Shown here: positions 40,489-50,728 of the stretch, piece by piece
Numbering within the stretch: the first letter of the stretch is position 1
Layout of the letters: each line of letters starts with the position of its first letter
Assembly (NCBI GenBank): GCA_051546255.1
Contig: CP128815.1
Coordinates: 1,674,001-1,738,000, forward strand
From: Meyerozyma guilliermondii
Taxonomy: Eukaryota
DNA length: 64,000 nucleotides
Direction of reading: 5' to 3'
Program-made: the position numbers and the translations under genes
Notes under the pieces: generated by a model
Told to the model about the DNA's origin: nothing
The model's input: the letters and a program-made list of their open reading frames with translations, nothing else
Database searches by the model: none

Positions 40489-41634
40489 ATGTCGTTTGAT
40501 ATCACTTTTCTAGGATCATCAGGCGGATGTTTGGACGGCACTACATGCGCCGTATTGGTCAAGCCTCATCTGATAACCTACAAAGAAATAATTACCCAAC
40601 AACGGTTCGACGATATAATTTGTGTCGACGCTGGCAGTGGACTTAACATGTTGGGACACATAATACATCATGAAATTGCCCATAATTCTCCATACCAGAG
40701 TGGTCTAGACCTCTACAATGACCTGCTTCCGGTGCAAAAATACATCAAACCCGAAATTATTACCCCGTTCAGCACCCTCAATGCGTCGGAATCCCCTCTC
40801 AAGCACGCATTTGGAATTTTCCATCGGGTCTCGGCATACTTAATCTCGCATCCGCATCTCGATCACATTGCTTCCTTAGCCATCAATTCGCCGGCGTTTT
40901 CTAATAATAGCTCACGCCAAGTATACGGGGCGCTGCACACCCTCTCGGCGCTCCAGGACCATGTTTTTAATGGTGTCATATGGCCAAACATGCCCAAGTT
41001 CAATGTGGTCAAACTTCACAGCCAGAAGTATTGGAAACCGTTTTCCATAGCCAACGGTAATTTCACCGTCAACATGTTCGACATCAGCCATGGAAAACTC
41101 ATAAAACTGAACAATGTGAGCAATCTGGACAAGCTCGTGCCGTTAAAGGAGTCCGATATCGACGGAAACCTCGATATAAAACACTACATTTCCTCGGCGT
41201 TCTTGATCACAATTCCGTCTACCAACGCAAGTCTCTTGGTGTTCGGCGACTTTGAGTCCGATTCCATATCGCTCTTGAACAAGAACCTCACTATCTGGCG
41301 CCATATAGCTCCGCTCATTGTTTCCCATCAACTAAAAGGAATAATTTTAGAGTGTTCATCGTCAGGAGATTGTGATCCCGACGAACTTTACGGTCATTTG
41401 ATGCCTTGTCACTTGATAGCAGAGCTCGAAAAGTTACGAGCTGAGTGTCTCAGTATTGATCCGTCGCTGGAATCACCATTGAGCGGTTTCCATATCGTGG
41501 TGACCCATGTCAAAGACGTGGGATATGTCGACCCTCGACGCCGAATTCTCAACGAACTCGAACAACTCTCCCAACAAGCCCAGTTGGGCATTCAATTCTC
41601 GGTGGCTATTTCCGGTGTATCCATTGTATTATAG
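40489..41634 (+). CDS. PDE1: Class II low-affinity cAMP phosphodiesterase
   Basis: LGSSGG, VDAG.G, SHPHLDH, H.FNG.IWPN, FGD.E.D, LYGHL.P, THVK. Confidence 0.92.
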   Translation: MSFDITFLGSSGGCLDGTTCAVLVKPHLITYKEIITQQRFDDIICVDAGSGLNMLGHIIHHEIAHNSPYQSGLDLYNDLLPVQKYIKPEIITPFSTLNASESPLKHAFGIFHRVSAYLISHPHLDHIASLAINSPAFSNNSSRQVYGALHTLSALQDHVFNGVIWPNMPKFNVVKLHSQKYWKPFSIANGNFTVNMFDISHGKLIKLNNVSNLDKLVPLKESDIDGNLDIKHYISSAFLITIPSTNASLLVFGDFESDSISLLNKNLTIWRHIAPLIVSHQLKGIILECSSSGDCDPDELYGHLMPCHLIAELEKLRAECLSIDPSLESPLSGFHIVVTHVKDVGYVDPRRRILNELEQLSQQAQLGIQFSVAISGVSIVL

Positions 41635-41653
41635 ATCTAGAATGTACATACTT

Positions 41654-43264
41654 TTACGCTACCTCGTATACATCCAGCGCCAATTTGATGTGCAAGTCGA
41701 ACGGAAGTGACTCTTCGTCAGGTCCACGTCCAACAACGTCCACCACCGACACTTTTCCAAACGAGGTGTCGGCCTCTGTAGCTTGGTCGTTTTCGAGAGA
41801 GAACTGGATTTCCATGGGGAACAACGATTCTTCATCAGGTGCGGGAACCAGGAACTCAAATGATCCTTGGGGAGATTCGATAGGAATAGTCACAGTAAAG
41901 AAAACTCCATCACCAGTCACCTCGTACGGAACGTCTTCCACCGTAGGTTCCTCGCCCACGGGCACTAGTATAGAAACTTCGACATTTTCCAAGTGTTGAT
42001 GAGTCTGGACAAATTGGTCAGTAAGTTCGTATTCCAACGTCACGTCGGCACGGCCGTCGTTGCTCAGAACCCACGCGCTGACTACAAACGGCACCAAGCT
42101 GCGGTCGTCTTGCTTTCCTGCTCCGCGCCATCTCAATACCCCGATAGACCGGTCGTCGGCCGGGAACGATTTATTCTGGTCTTTCAACGAAATCACGCTT
42201 TTCTGGGTGAAAAGTTGACGGTCAATGTTGGGGTGAGGATTGTACTGGATGCCGGGTCCTGTAGTAACAATAATCGATGCATTGGCAAGGTCAGAGTCGT
42301 TAATTCGCAATTGCAAATCACCTTTGACCTCGGACAGAGTGATGGCGCCGTCACGAGTCAACGACGCCGAGATTTTCTCGTTCACAGTGATGAGCACGCC
42401 ATTGTTAGTCGCCTTGGGTGCCGGAGCAGGCGACGCCGACGCTACAGACCGCGAGTAGCCGGGGGCAGCTGCTACCGAACCGGACAGTGGAGGCACATTG
42501 GATCCTAGGTGGCCCGAGTTGAACCGCGGTTCGTTGTGCGCAAGTAATGGCTGGTGGGTCTCTGCCACCTTGGTGGGCTTTTTACCCAACTGGAGCCCGC
42601 CACGCGTAGGTCTACTGGAGATCGAAGGACCGGAAACCGGGGTGTTGTCAATCATCGGCAGCGGCTGGTATGCCGGTTGCAGCACCGATGTCTGGCTATA
42701 ATCGTACTGGCTTGCCATATGGGGCGTTTGCTCCAAGTTTTTGCGTGCCAATTCTCGGCGTTGAATTTCCTTAGCTCTACGTTTGCGTTCTTCGGTGGCC
42801 TCCAATTCCTTGTTCCGCTCGATGATCTCCTGGATCTTTTCCTCGTGCGAGTCCATCTCCATGAACGTTTGAACCTGCGACAACGTCAAGTTTTCCTTGT
42901 ATCCCAATGAGATAATCTCGTCAAAAGCTCCCAATATATCAAAGGCACTGGCAAAAATCTCCAGTTCATCCACTTGTCTCAACATGTTACTGATGGTGGA
43001 AATGAACAAGTGAAGCGTATCGATGTCCTGTAAGATATTGGAGTCCTTATTGGTGAGTAAAACCACATAAAGATCTTCCAATGGCTGATAAACATAACGA
43101 ATGGACTCGTCTTCAACGGCAGTATTGTGGGAAGTCAGTTCGGAAATCAAACTAGGAAAGTTGCCTAGAAGTCCTGTGATACGGTCCTTCGATATATCAC
43201 GAAACAGACGCGAAAGAAGAGGTTTTCCGCCTCGGGTGCAGATCGAAGCCGCCAACACTACCAT
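41654..43264 (-). CDS. RET2: Coatomer delta subunit
   Basis: MVVLAASICTRGGK, RYVYQPLE, SNILQDI.TL, MDSHEEKIQEII; start ATG 43264. Confidence 0.96.
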   Translation of the reverse strand: MVVLAASICTRGGKPLLSRLFRDISKDRITGLLGNFPSLISELTSHNTAVEDESIRYVYQPLEDLYVVLLTNKDSNILQDIDTLHLFISTISNMLRQVDELEIFASAFDILGAFDEIISLGYKENLTLSQVQTFMEMDSHEEKIQEIIERNKELEATEERKRRAKEIQRRELARKNLEQTPHMASQYDYSQTSVLQPAYQPLPMIDNTPVSGPSISSRPTRGGLQLGKKPTKVAETHQPLLAHNEPRFNSGHLGSNVPPLSGSVAAAPGYSRSVASASPAPAPKATNNGVLITVNEKISASLTRDGAITLSEVKGDLQLRINDSDLANASIIVTTGPGIQYNPHPNIDRQLFTQKSVISLKDQNKSFPADDRSIGVLRWRGAGKQDDRSLVPFVVSAWVLSNDGRADVTLEYELTDQFVQTHQHLENVEVSILVPVGEEPTVEDVPYEVTGDGVFFTVTIPIESPQGSFEFLVPAPDEESLFPMEIQFSLENDQATEADTSFGKVSVVDVVGRGPDEESLPFDLHIKLALDVYEVA

Positions 43265-43518
43265 TGCAGATTGAGGATCGAAGAAATTCGTGTTCACTCT
43301 GGGTCGTGCGCGGGCCATAAAACGTCGCGCAAATACTTTCATGAAGTGATAGTAGCAGATCAAACAGATGTAGACCAGACGCCAGAACCAAAAAAATGAG
43401 TATGGCATGTCCTGGTTCACACTGGAACTTGTGTGTTTCGTACTCTTCTTATTTTTCGTACTTTTTGTTTTTTATACTTCGTTTTCGTATTTTTATTTTT
43501 TCTTTCGTCTATTAATGC

Positions 43519-45030
43519 TCACTTATTGATATGAATGTCCATTTCGATATCCACCTCGCCCAGCCCCGCCTGGCCCTGTTGCCGGAGCTTTCTTTCCTTG
43601 AATAATTTGCCGAGCTCACGCTCAATTTCCGCAATCAAGCCTTCATAGCCACACGATCTGGACCGTACTCGAGCTTCACGTAATAATCGCTCTGCCTTCT
43701 CGTACTGTGAAAGATGCAAATGAACCACTCCCAATCCGTACGTAGCCAACGCTACTGTCTCATTGATGGTGGAATTGTTCTCGATGATTTCCTGGGGTAA
43801 TTTTTTGGCAAATTCAAGCACAGACTGGTACGTTTCAACCGAAAGTCCAATACATTTGTCTTTGTTGGCTATAGCCTCTTGGTACTCTGCCTTGTCTTCA
43901 ACACTGCCTTTTTCCATCATTTTTTGTACCATATCCTTGGCGTCTTGCAGTTCTTGTACCGTTTTTGGCGTCAAAGTCTTAATGGTATCGTAGTCAAGAC
44001 CAGCAGATTCGGCGAGTTTACGACGAAATCCAATTTCTTGTGCCTCAAACTCTTCTGCCTGCAAATAGAGCAACGACGCCAAGTTGCACTGGGACAAAAG
44101 TAGCTTATGTGGATCGACATCGGCCAAAAGCATCCATTCTGTCATGGAGATTTTCACTCGAGAAGCCATGCCCAAATCGCCAGTTGCTACACATATGGCC
44201 GTCAAGAGGTCCATGGCATTGAAAAACTCGTCGGAAAAAGGGTACCAAGCTGCTGGATTTTTGTTGATCAGAGTGACAACTCCGTCGGTGCTGACGGTGA
44301 TGGAATCGTGTTTGATGGTAGCGTTGTAGTTTTGCGGGGTTTTGTCGTCGTCGCTTATAGCCGTCATCTTGTAGATGGTGCCTGAAGGGCCCAATTTCTT
44401 GTGGACTTCGTCCTGGGCAATCAACAAGTGAGTCATGAGTATAGCCTTGCTGAGCAGAGGATTGAGGTTATTGAGTTCCACCAACTTTATAGCGATCCGA
44501 AGGTCTTTCTGGATCAAGTGAGCCCGGTGCTCTGGCGTAGCAATGCGCCGTCCATCTTCCGAATCTGGTGCCGCCGTCAACACCTTCATGTACAACGTAG
44601 CAATCTCATTATAGATGAATTCCGCATTTTCTTTCTGGTCCAACCGCTCAAACATCTCCGCCACCTTGAGCTGGATCCCAGTATACTCGTCACTCAACGA
44701 ATCCATTCCAATTTCATCACAATGTTCGAGTGCCATGATGTAATATTTGAGTGCCAATTGGTAGTCATTTTCGCCGCGGTCAGATTCGGCCCAAAGACCC
44801 TTGCGCAAGATCTTTGCCACCGACAGAGGAAACGTGTGCTTTGGCCACCACGCATAGTAAATATAACCAGTGGTGATCAAGGTTCCCACTCCAAAGTAGA
44901 GAAGCCTTCTAGGCAATTTTCTTGGTGTATAATTGTAGTTGTAGGTATATTGTTGTTTGAAGGTTGTGCCTATGTGAAAGTGGCGTGCACGTTTGAAAAA
45001 GGGAAGACGAATTGGACGAATGGAAACCAT
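43519..45030 (-). CDS. MGR3: Mitochondrial i-AAA protease adaptor Mgr3 (TPR-like)
   Basis: Arg-rich presequence, single TM, LRKGLWAES...ALKYY, SDEYTGIQLKVAEM. Confidence 0.78.
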   Translation of the reverse strand: MVSIRPIRLPFFKRARHFHIGTTFKQQYTYNYNYTPRKLPRRLLYFGVGTLITTGYIYYAWWPKHTFPLSVAKILRKGLWAESDRGENDYQLALKYYIMALEHCDEIGMDSLSDEYTGIQLKVAEMFERLDQKENAEFIYNEIATLYMKVLTAAPDSEDGRRIATPEHRAHLIQKDLRIAIKLVELNNLNPLLSKAILMTHLLIAQDEVHKKLGPSGTIYKMTAISDDDKTPQNYNATIKHDSITVSTDGVVTLINKNPAAWYPFSDEFFNAMDLLTAICVATGDLGMASRVKISMTEWMLLADVDPHKLLLSQCNLASLLYLQAEEFEAQEIGFRRKLAESAGLDYDTIKTLTPKTVQELQDAKDMVQKMMEKGSVEDKAEYQEAIANKDKCIGLSVETYQSVLEFAKKLPQEIIENNSTINETVALATYGLGVVHLHLSQYEKAERLLREARVRSRSCGYEGLIAEIERELGKLFKERKLRQQGQAGLGEVDIEMDIHINK

Positions 45031-45172
45031 GAAGAAAAGTGACAGAAATACTAGAAGTTGTAGAACGAAAGCGAGAGTTGCAGGATTAAGACGGTGTGTG
45101 CAGTACTACAGACTGCGACCCATGCAGTACCGAAAGACCTTCTCCTGCAGCGAATCGTACTTCGTACGATTC

Positions 45173-45460
45173 ATGATGAGCAACATTGCAGACATTTTCA
45201 ACCCTCCCGCATCGCGCCCGGTCGTCACAGACAATTGCGCGCCGTGCACGGCTGTGCAGGCTCTCATGTGTTTTGGTGGGGGATGGTATATGCTGCTGGG
45301 GTTTCCATTACAAGATAAAAACGGAATTATCGATGTACGTAAGCATCCAGTTTGGTGGCAAAAAAGTGTACGAGGCGTGGGGGTTTTGTTAGTAGGATTA
45401 GGAGCATATAGAGTGGGGGAGTTGGCACAAATGGCGTGGCATAGGTATAAGACTAAGTAA
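45173..45460 (+). CDS. Small mitochondrial membrane protein, YDL157C/Dmo2 (DMAC1)-like
   Basis: MSNI..IFNPP, C.PC motif, P.WW...R..G..L..LG.YR; start 45173 or 45176. Confidence 0.78.
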   Translation: MMSNIADIFNPPASRPVVTDNCAPCTAVQALMCFGGGWYMLLGFPLQDKNGIIDVRKHPVWWQKSVRGVGVLLVGLGAYRVGELAQMAWHRYKTK

Positions 45461-45501
45461 ACAAAAAAAAAGATACTGCAAAAGAGGATGGAAAAAAATA
45501 A

Positions 45502-45584
45502 TGACTCCGACGCGATTCGAACGCGTGCATCTTTACGATAACAGAACTTGAGTCTGCCGCCTTAAACCACTCGGCCACAGAGCC
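45502..45584 (-). tRNA. tRNA-Leu(CAA), intronless
   Basis: Reverse complement GGCTCTGTGGCCGAGTGGTTTAAGGCGGCAGACTCAAGTTCTGTTATCGTAAAGATGCACGCGTTCGAATCGCGTCGGAGTCA; long variable arm; downstream T-run. Confidence 0.96.
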
Positions 45585-45690
45585 ATTGCTGAAAGAAACT
45601 ACTCCTGGTGACTTTATCATGCGCAGCCCCTACCTTCCTTCTCATTTTCAGTTCGCGCCGTTGTCTTGTTCATTTTCCGTTGGCCATAAT

Positions 45691-48144
45691 ATGGAAAATG
45701 GTGGGGCCAACCACCCCTTTCAACTATCGCTGTTGGACCACAAATTGTCCCATCTAGCAGAGCAATTCCATACGGCCGTATCGGTCGACCAGCTCGACGA
45801 AATCGTCGCCGAAATAGATTCCTCCACAAATCTCATCGACCAAGAATTACACCATTTCACCACCCTCAAACTGAAAAGACTCCAGCAAGATACAAGTAAC
45901 ATCGAACTTGGTCGTACAAAGTTGTCGTCGGCGATTGCCTCTTCTGGTGAACTTTCGCTGCTACTTTCGGCCGCCGACGATTTGGGCAATACTTTGACCT
46001 TCAAGATCCGGTCGTTGGATAAAGAAATAGGCAACGTCAACAAGACATTGGCGCTCGTCGAGGACTTGCAGCTGCTCAAGAACAACATAAACCAGGCATA
46101 CTATGCCATAGAAACAAAAAATTGGGAACTCGCAGCCCATTGCATTCACACCATAAACACCAGTATCGATGAAAAAGTTATTACCGGCCAATTTTCATCG
46201 GTCGTTATCCCTTCCACCGACATTCCCGAGCTTCCACAAAAGACCATTTCCAAATGGACCGAGGAATTGACCCAGGTTTTCCAGATCAACTTTGACGAAG
46301 CAGCAAGACAACGGAATGTAGCAGATGTAACTCGCTATTTCCAGCTTTTCCCTCTCATTGGACAAGATAAGGTGGGTCTCGATTGCTACTCGAGGTTCAT
46401 ATGCCACATCATCACCGATACCCTGCGTAATCTATTGAAATCTTCGACGAAAGATTCGTCGCGACCAGGTTTATACGCTACGATTTGTATGAACTTGCTC
46501 GAGAACATCTCGGTGATGCTCATGCAACATGGTCCTTTGATCCTCAAGCATTACAATGCCACTTTCACCGAGCCGCTCAGCTACGTTGTGGCCAAAATAC
46601 AAGGTGAAATCGACTCGCAAGTGGGTCTTATTGCCGACACTTTCTACGACGTTCGAAGATTTCCTAAAGTTATACAAGATATTTCCTTGTACACGTTCCC
46701 CCATTTACGACACAGGCAAGAACCACACCATGAACCCCAATTTCAAGACCTGGCAGACATTGTCAACTTGATCGAAATCGGCGACTTGATGAATGAACTA
46801 GCCACCATTCTTCACCAATGGTCCTTATACTGTCGATTTGTGGCTGTCAAGTACTTCTCTACCTCTACGGAATCTCCTTTGGTTCCTGAAATCATCCAAA
46901 AATCAAACTTCACCGCCAAAGTCACCAGCAAATTATTGCCTGCTTTCGAATCACTATGTCTGTTTTATTTCCGCCGGTCGCTCGAAAAAGCTCTCACAAT
47001 AGAAGAGCTCCCTTCTCTCGATCCTTTGTTGCGAGCAACCCATGTTTCAGTCTCGCCCGAGCAAGTTCCTTGTTCTTCTGTCATTGAAGACATCACCATT
47101 GTGTTGAATAATACCCTCCAAAACGTTCTTGATTCGGCGCATCCATCTGCCGTCAAGAAGTTCATTGGAGTTTGCTTCGAGGTTATTCAGCGAGACTTGG
47201 TAAATGGCTTTTTCATCAAGAGCATAAACGAAAATCAGCCCCGGTACAACTCCAGTCTTGTGTTGGTGACGGCGTCCGATACAAGTAATGTCACCAGTCC
47301 TGGTGCTTCTCGCAGTGGAACCCCGGCACCCGAAGGTTTGGGGTTCTTCAAAGGTGCTTCTAGTGCTCTTGGAAATGTAGTGGGAACCGGCGCTGTTGTA
47401 ACCACTGCATCTGCTAACCCAGAAAGACTCAAAAACTTTGTACTATATTTGAATACCGTTGCTGTTGGTCAAGAGTATTTCAACAAAATCATCACCAAGT
47501 TAGCAGATTCCAGTTTCTTGTCCAAGGCTTTCCCCTTTGGTTCGGACAACGAAAAGGTGGCTAGCATATTGAAGACTGACTTTCTTGACCCGTTCAATAC
47601 CATTTCGCATAAGATTATTCAAGACAGTTTGGTCAATCTTTATAACCAGTCTTTCAAGTCGAAGCTATTGGTGATGGTCAACGAATGCTTTCCAGAAGTC
47701 AACGAGACAAACTACGTTGTCTATTCTGCCAACATTTTGAACGATACTTCCAGTCTCGTCAGATTTGCGTCTTCGTGGCAGGCCACTATAAGGCCATATA
47801 AGCAGACATTTCACAAGAATCTCGTGTACCAAAAGCTCGTCAAGCTTTTAGTGGTGAACTTGGCCAATCTTCTCGAGCTCAAATTTCTCGCTGTATTGAG
47901 AAAGTTCAAGATCAACGAGTTGGGGTCGCTCAAACTTGAAAAGGACTTGTCTTCAATCATCAATGAGGTGTGTGAGGACAGTTACGAACTTCGAGAAAAA
48001 TTTGTCAGAGTCACTCAGCTTGTTTTGCTCGTTGGAATGGATGACGAAGAGTATGAATTGAGCATAAAAGAGGGAGAGGATGATGGAATCAACTGGGTGT
48101 TGACACCTTTGGAACGTAAGCAAGGGCGAGGATATAGAATATAG
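45691..48144 (+). CDS. COG4: Conserved oligomeric Golgi complex subunit 4
   Basis: YFQLFPLIG...GL..YS.F, SSVIED, INELG.LKLEKD, YELREKF.RVTQ, WVLTP.ER; start ATG 45691. Confidence 0.9.
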   Translation: MENGGANHPFQLSLLDHKLSHLAEQFHTAVSVDQLDEIVAEIDSSTNLIDQELHHFTTLKLKRLQQDTSNIELGRTKLSSAIASSGELSLLLSAADDLGNTLTFKIRSLDKEIGNVNKTLALVEDLQLLKNNINQAYYAIETKNWELAAHCIHTINTSIDEKVITGQFSSVVIPSTDIPELPQKTISKWTEELTQVFQINFDEAARQRNVADVTRYFQLFPLIGQDKVGLDCYSRFICHIITDTLRNLLKSSTKDSSRPGLYATICMNLLENISVMLMQHGPLILKHYNATFTEPLSYVVAKIQGEIDSQVGLIADTFYDVRRFPKVIQDISLYTFPHLRHRQEPHHEPQFQDLADIVNLIEIGDLMNELATILHQWSLYCRFVAVKYFSTSTESPLVPEIIQKSNFTAKVTSKLLPAFESLCLFYFRRSLEKALTIEELPSLDPLLRATHVSVSPEQVPCSSVIEDITIVLNNTLQNVLDSAHPSAVKKFIGVCFEVIQRDLVNGFFIKSINENQPRYNSSLVLVTASDTSNVTSPGASRSGTPAPEGLGFFKGASSALGNVVGTGAVVTTASANPERLKNFVLYLNTVAVGQEYFNKIITKLADSSFLSKAFPFGSDNEKVASILKTDFLDPFNTISHKIIQDSLVNLYNQSFKSKLLVMVNECFPEVNETNYVVYSANILNDTSSLVRFASSWQATIRPYKQTFHKNLVYQKLVKLLVVNLANLLELKFLAVLRKFKINELGSLKLEKDLSSIINEVCEDSYELREKFVRVTQLVLLVGMDDEEYELSIKEGEDDGINWVLTPLERKQGRGYRI

Positions 48145-48148
48145 GAAC

Positions 48149-48197
48149 CTCTACAGGCAATTCAGCTCTACAGCTCTACAACTCTACAGCTCTGTAA
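48149..48197. repeat. CTCTACAG 8-mer tandem array
   Basis: Copies at 48149, 48166, 48174 (CTCTACAA), 48182. Confidence 0.75.
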
Positions 48198-48258
48198 GAC
48201 AGTAGTATTAGCTATTATTGTATTATACACAAGATATAAGTCTTTGACTTCTAACTTC

Positions 48259-48858
48259 TTACTTCTTCGCAACCTCGTTCCCCTTACTTCCCTCCTTTTC
48301 GTCTTCATCTGGCTTGATTCGCAACCTGTCTATCATTCCCTCGAAGCGAGGATGACTATAATCACATTCAGCACCTTTGGGACAGAATCCTGTCACCCAC
48401 AAAGGACACATTATTTTTCGTACATGTCGATTAGGACATTTGGGGCCCTCGGGACAGAATCCCTTTTCGTAGTTGGGGCATGCGGGTATTTTCAGTTGTG
48501 GATCGACGTGCAAATATAAACATTCAGGAGTTTGGGTACAAAATCCATTCTTTGAGTAGAACAAGCATTCGGGCATTTTCCGCAAATTGTATTCGTGGAG
48601 AAATTCACAGTGGTCATTCTTCTTACAGAGTCCACGAAGCCAATGCTTGCACACAATCTTGTTGGAATACATTGTAGGAACGTGTTTATTAGGACAATTA
48701 TTGCCATTGGGACAAGAACCGGGAGTGGAAGGTAAAAAAAACTGGCATACTGGACGGTCTGGATTAACGGAAAAATTATGTTCTCTGCGAAGAAAAGACT
48801 CTATTTTTAGTGGCTTGTTGCGAGTGTCGGGATGTATCACCGGATTCAACAGTAACAT
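48259..48858 (-). CDS. YTH1: CPSF30 homologue with five CCCH zinc fingers
   Basis: VCKHWLRGLCKK.D.CEFLHEYNLRKMPEC. Confidence 0.96.
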   Translation of the reverse strand: MLLLNPVIHPDTRNKPLKIESFLRREHNFSVNPDRPVCQFFLPSTPGSCPNGNNCPNKHVPTMYSNKIVCKHWLRGLCKKNDHCEFLHEYNLRKMPECLFYSKNGFCTQTPECLYLHVDPQLKIPACPNYEKGFCPEGPKCPNRHVRKIMCPLWVTGFCPKGAECDYSHPRFEGMIDRLRIKPDEDEKEGSKGNEVAKK

Positions 48859-49248
48859 GATTAGAAATTAGGAAATTGAATCACGACAGAATTGATATTT
48901 CTGGGTTTTGTGCAGGTCGATTATATGCCGTACTGTGAGTTCGGCTACGAGAGCCAGTAAATCCTGGCAAGTTTATGCCAATGGTAGTCCAAATGGGTTA
49001 TGAGGTCGTTCTGTTTTTAGTTTGTTCACTTTTGTTCAATTTGGTTTAATTTTGTGGTTTTTGTTCAATTTTGTCCGAAAAATTGGAGTGAGTCCTAGCT
49101 CAGATTTCCTGAGTTCTTCGAATCGGAAAACTTTGGTTTCTGTGGCTTCTTGTGGCTCCCTATGGCTTGTGCATCCTCTGGATGACTTCTGCCAACTCTA
49201 GTTGATTCTACTTCAGTTCAATTCAGATTCTTGTTCTTGCTTATCTTG

Positions 49249-50460
49249 TTACTCTTTCTTGTCAGCTCTCGACTCTGTTCCCGCCTTCTTCTTCTTTTCA
49301 TCCGCAAATGCCATCATGCTGGTTCTTCGGCGCACACCTTCGTGGATCCAGAACTCGCTGCGGTACAATTCCCATCCTTCGCGAATATCGGTGTTGAACA
49401 TTCTGGCATTGAGAACAAGTTTGACATCAGTGATGCCTATTCGAGGCTGACATTGCAGCTGGCACGACACCAAAAACACCTCCAACTTGGAATCTCGGTT
49501 TTGAATCATCGCTGGGTTAAGCCTGTGGAACGAAATTAGTAACAAGTTCACCACGAAAAGTGACATTTCTCGTACAAGATCAATTATTGAATCAGAAAGT
49601 GGGATCTTAATCTTCACTAGCCGTATGTTGAACTGCCGGAGTCCCTTGTTGGTCGAAGACAAGAATCGACGAGGAAGTACGATGGTTTTTTGGTACTCTC
49701 CGGAGAGATGGTACAACATTAATGTTACTAGTAATGCAAGAAGACTGAACTGAAGAATCACCCGCTTGGTTCCCGTCGGTGTCTTTTCCACAAAGTAGAG
49801 CTGGTGAGCTATGGAGGCACTTAGGGAGCAGAGAATGGCCAAAAATGTAAGGTATTTCCGTCGCATTGCTCGTTGCTGAATCACCTGTTGTCTGAGATTC
49901 TCTTCAAGAAGTAAAAGATTGCGGAAGATTTTACCGGTGGCTGGCGTCAGAGTATACCCACTACTAACATACTCGGTCTTGGATCGGGCTGATTTGTCGC
50001 TGATTTCTGACCGAGTGGATTTCCGTCGATGTCTCTTTTTCGGTTTGGGTGTTTCTCCGTCTTTGTTTCGGGGTGTTCTTGGTGTTTCCGGTGACCTTGT
50101 ATCTGAAAATCCGTCCTTACTTGAGCTACGCCGTGCCCTGGGCGAACTTGATCGTGATGGAATCTCGAACGTTATCGGCGTTCCTGGCGAACTGGGCTCA
50201 GAATTGTAACTTTTGATGTGTTTCAAGTCTAACAGGTGCAGGGAGCCCACATCTGAGTCGGAAAAAAGCACTTCTTCAGATTCCCGTCCTCGAGATTGAA
50301 CCGGAGTAATGTCCATGGGAGATGGAGTGGAACGAAAATTGGGTTTTAATTTTTCTTCCGAAAGTTCTGAAAGAGCTTCTGGTTCTTGTGGAGCCACCTG
50401 TGTCATTTCTGAGGTTTCAGAAACATCGTGAAGGCTCTTCTCAGACTTGGGAGTCTCCAT
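49249..50460 (-). CDS. SPO7: Nem1-Spo7 phosphatase regulatory subunit
   Basis: KIFRNLLLLEE.LR, YHLSGEY..TI..PRRF...TNKGLRQFN, REGWE.YR.EFW; start ATG 50460. Confidence 0.92.
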   Translation of the reverse strand: METPKSEKSLHDVSETSEMTQVAPQEPEALSELSEEKLKPNFRSTPSPMDITPVQSRGRESEEVLFSDSDVGSLHLLDLKHIKSYNSEPSSPGTPITFEIPSRSSSPRARRSSSKDGFSDTRSPETPRTPRNKDGETPKPKKRHRRKSTRSEISDKSARSKTEYVSSGYTLTPATGKIFRNLLLLEENLRQQVIQQRAMRRKYLTFLAILCSLSASIAHQLYFVEKTPTGTKRVILQFSLLALLVTLMLYHLSGEYQKTIVLPRRFLSSTNKGLRQFNIRLVKIKIPLSDSIIDLVREMSLFVVNLLLISFHRLNPAMIQNRDSKLEVFLVSCQLQCQPRIGITDVKLVLNARMFNTDIREGWELYRSEFWIHEGVRRRTSMMAFADEKKKKAGTESRADKKE

Positions 50461-50728
50461 TACAGTTTTAACCAAAACCAGAATTTGGTGAACTAAACGC
50501 GCGTGGTGTCTGGGTGCAGCTGGCCAACAAAATGGCTGTTAAAGTGGTCCTTAAAAGTTAGCAATGGTGTAGAGAAGGGTTAATAGAGGCTTGGACAAAT
50601 CAATAGAGACAAGAACAACACTTGTTTTGTTGTTTTCTAACCCAATTATTGCAATTAATGTATGTGCTTCAATGTTTCGCTTACCTAAGCGGTACCCCAG
50701 ATTTTTCCTTCAATACAGATTCGGTGTC

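Noticed and set aside
50660..50718. Possible GWT1 5'UTR intron (GTATGT...CAG)
   Set aside because: No CTAAC branch point near the AG, unlike every other intron in the window
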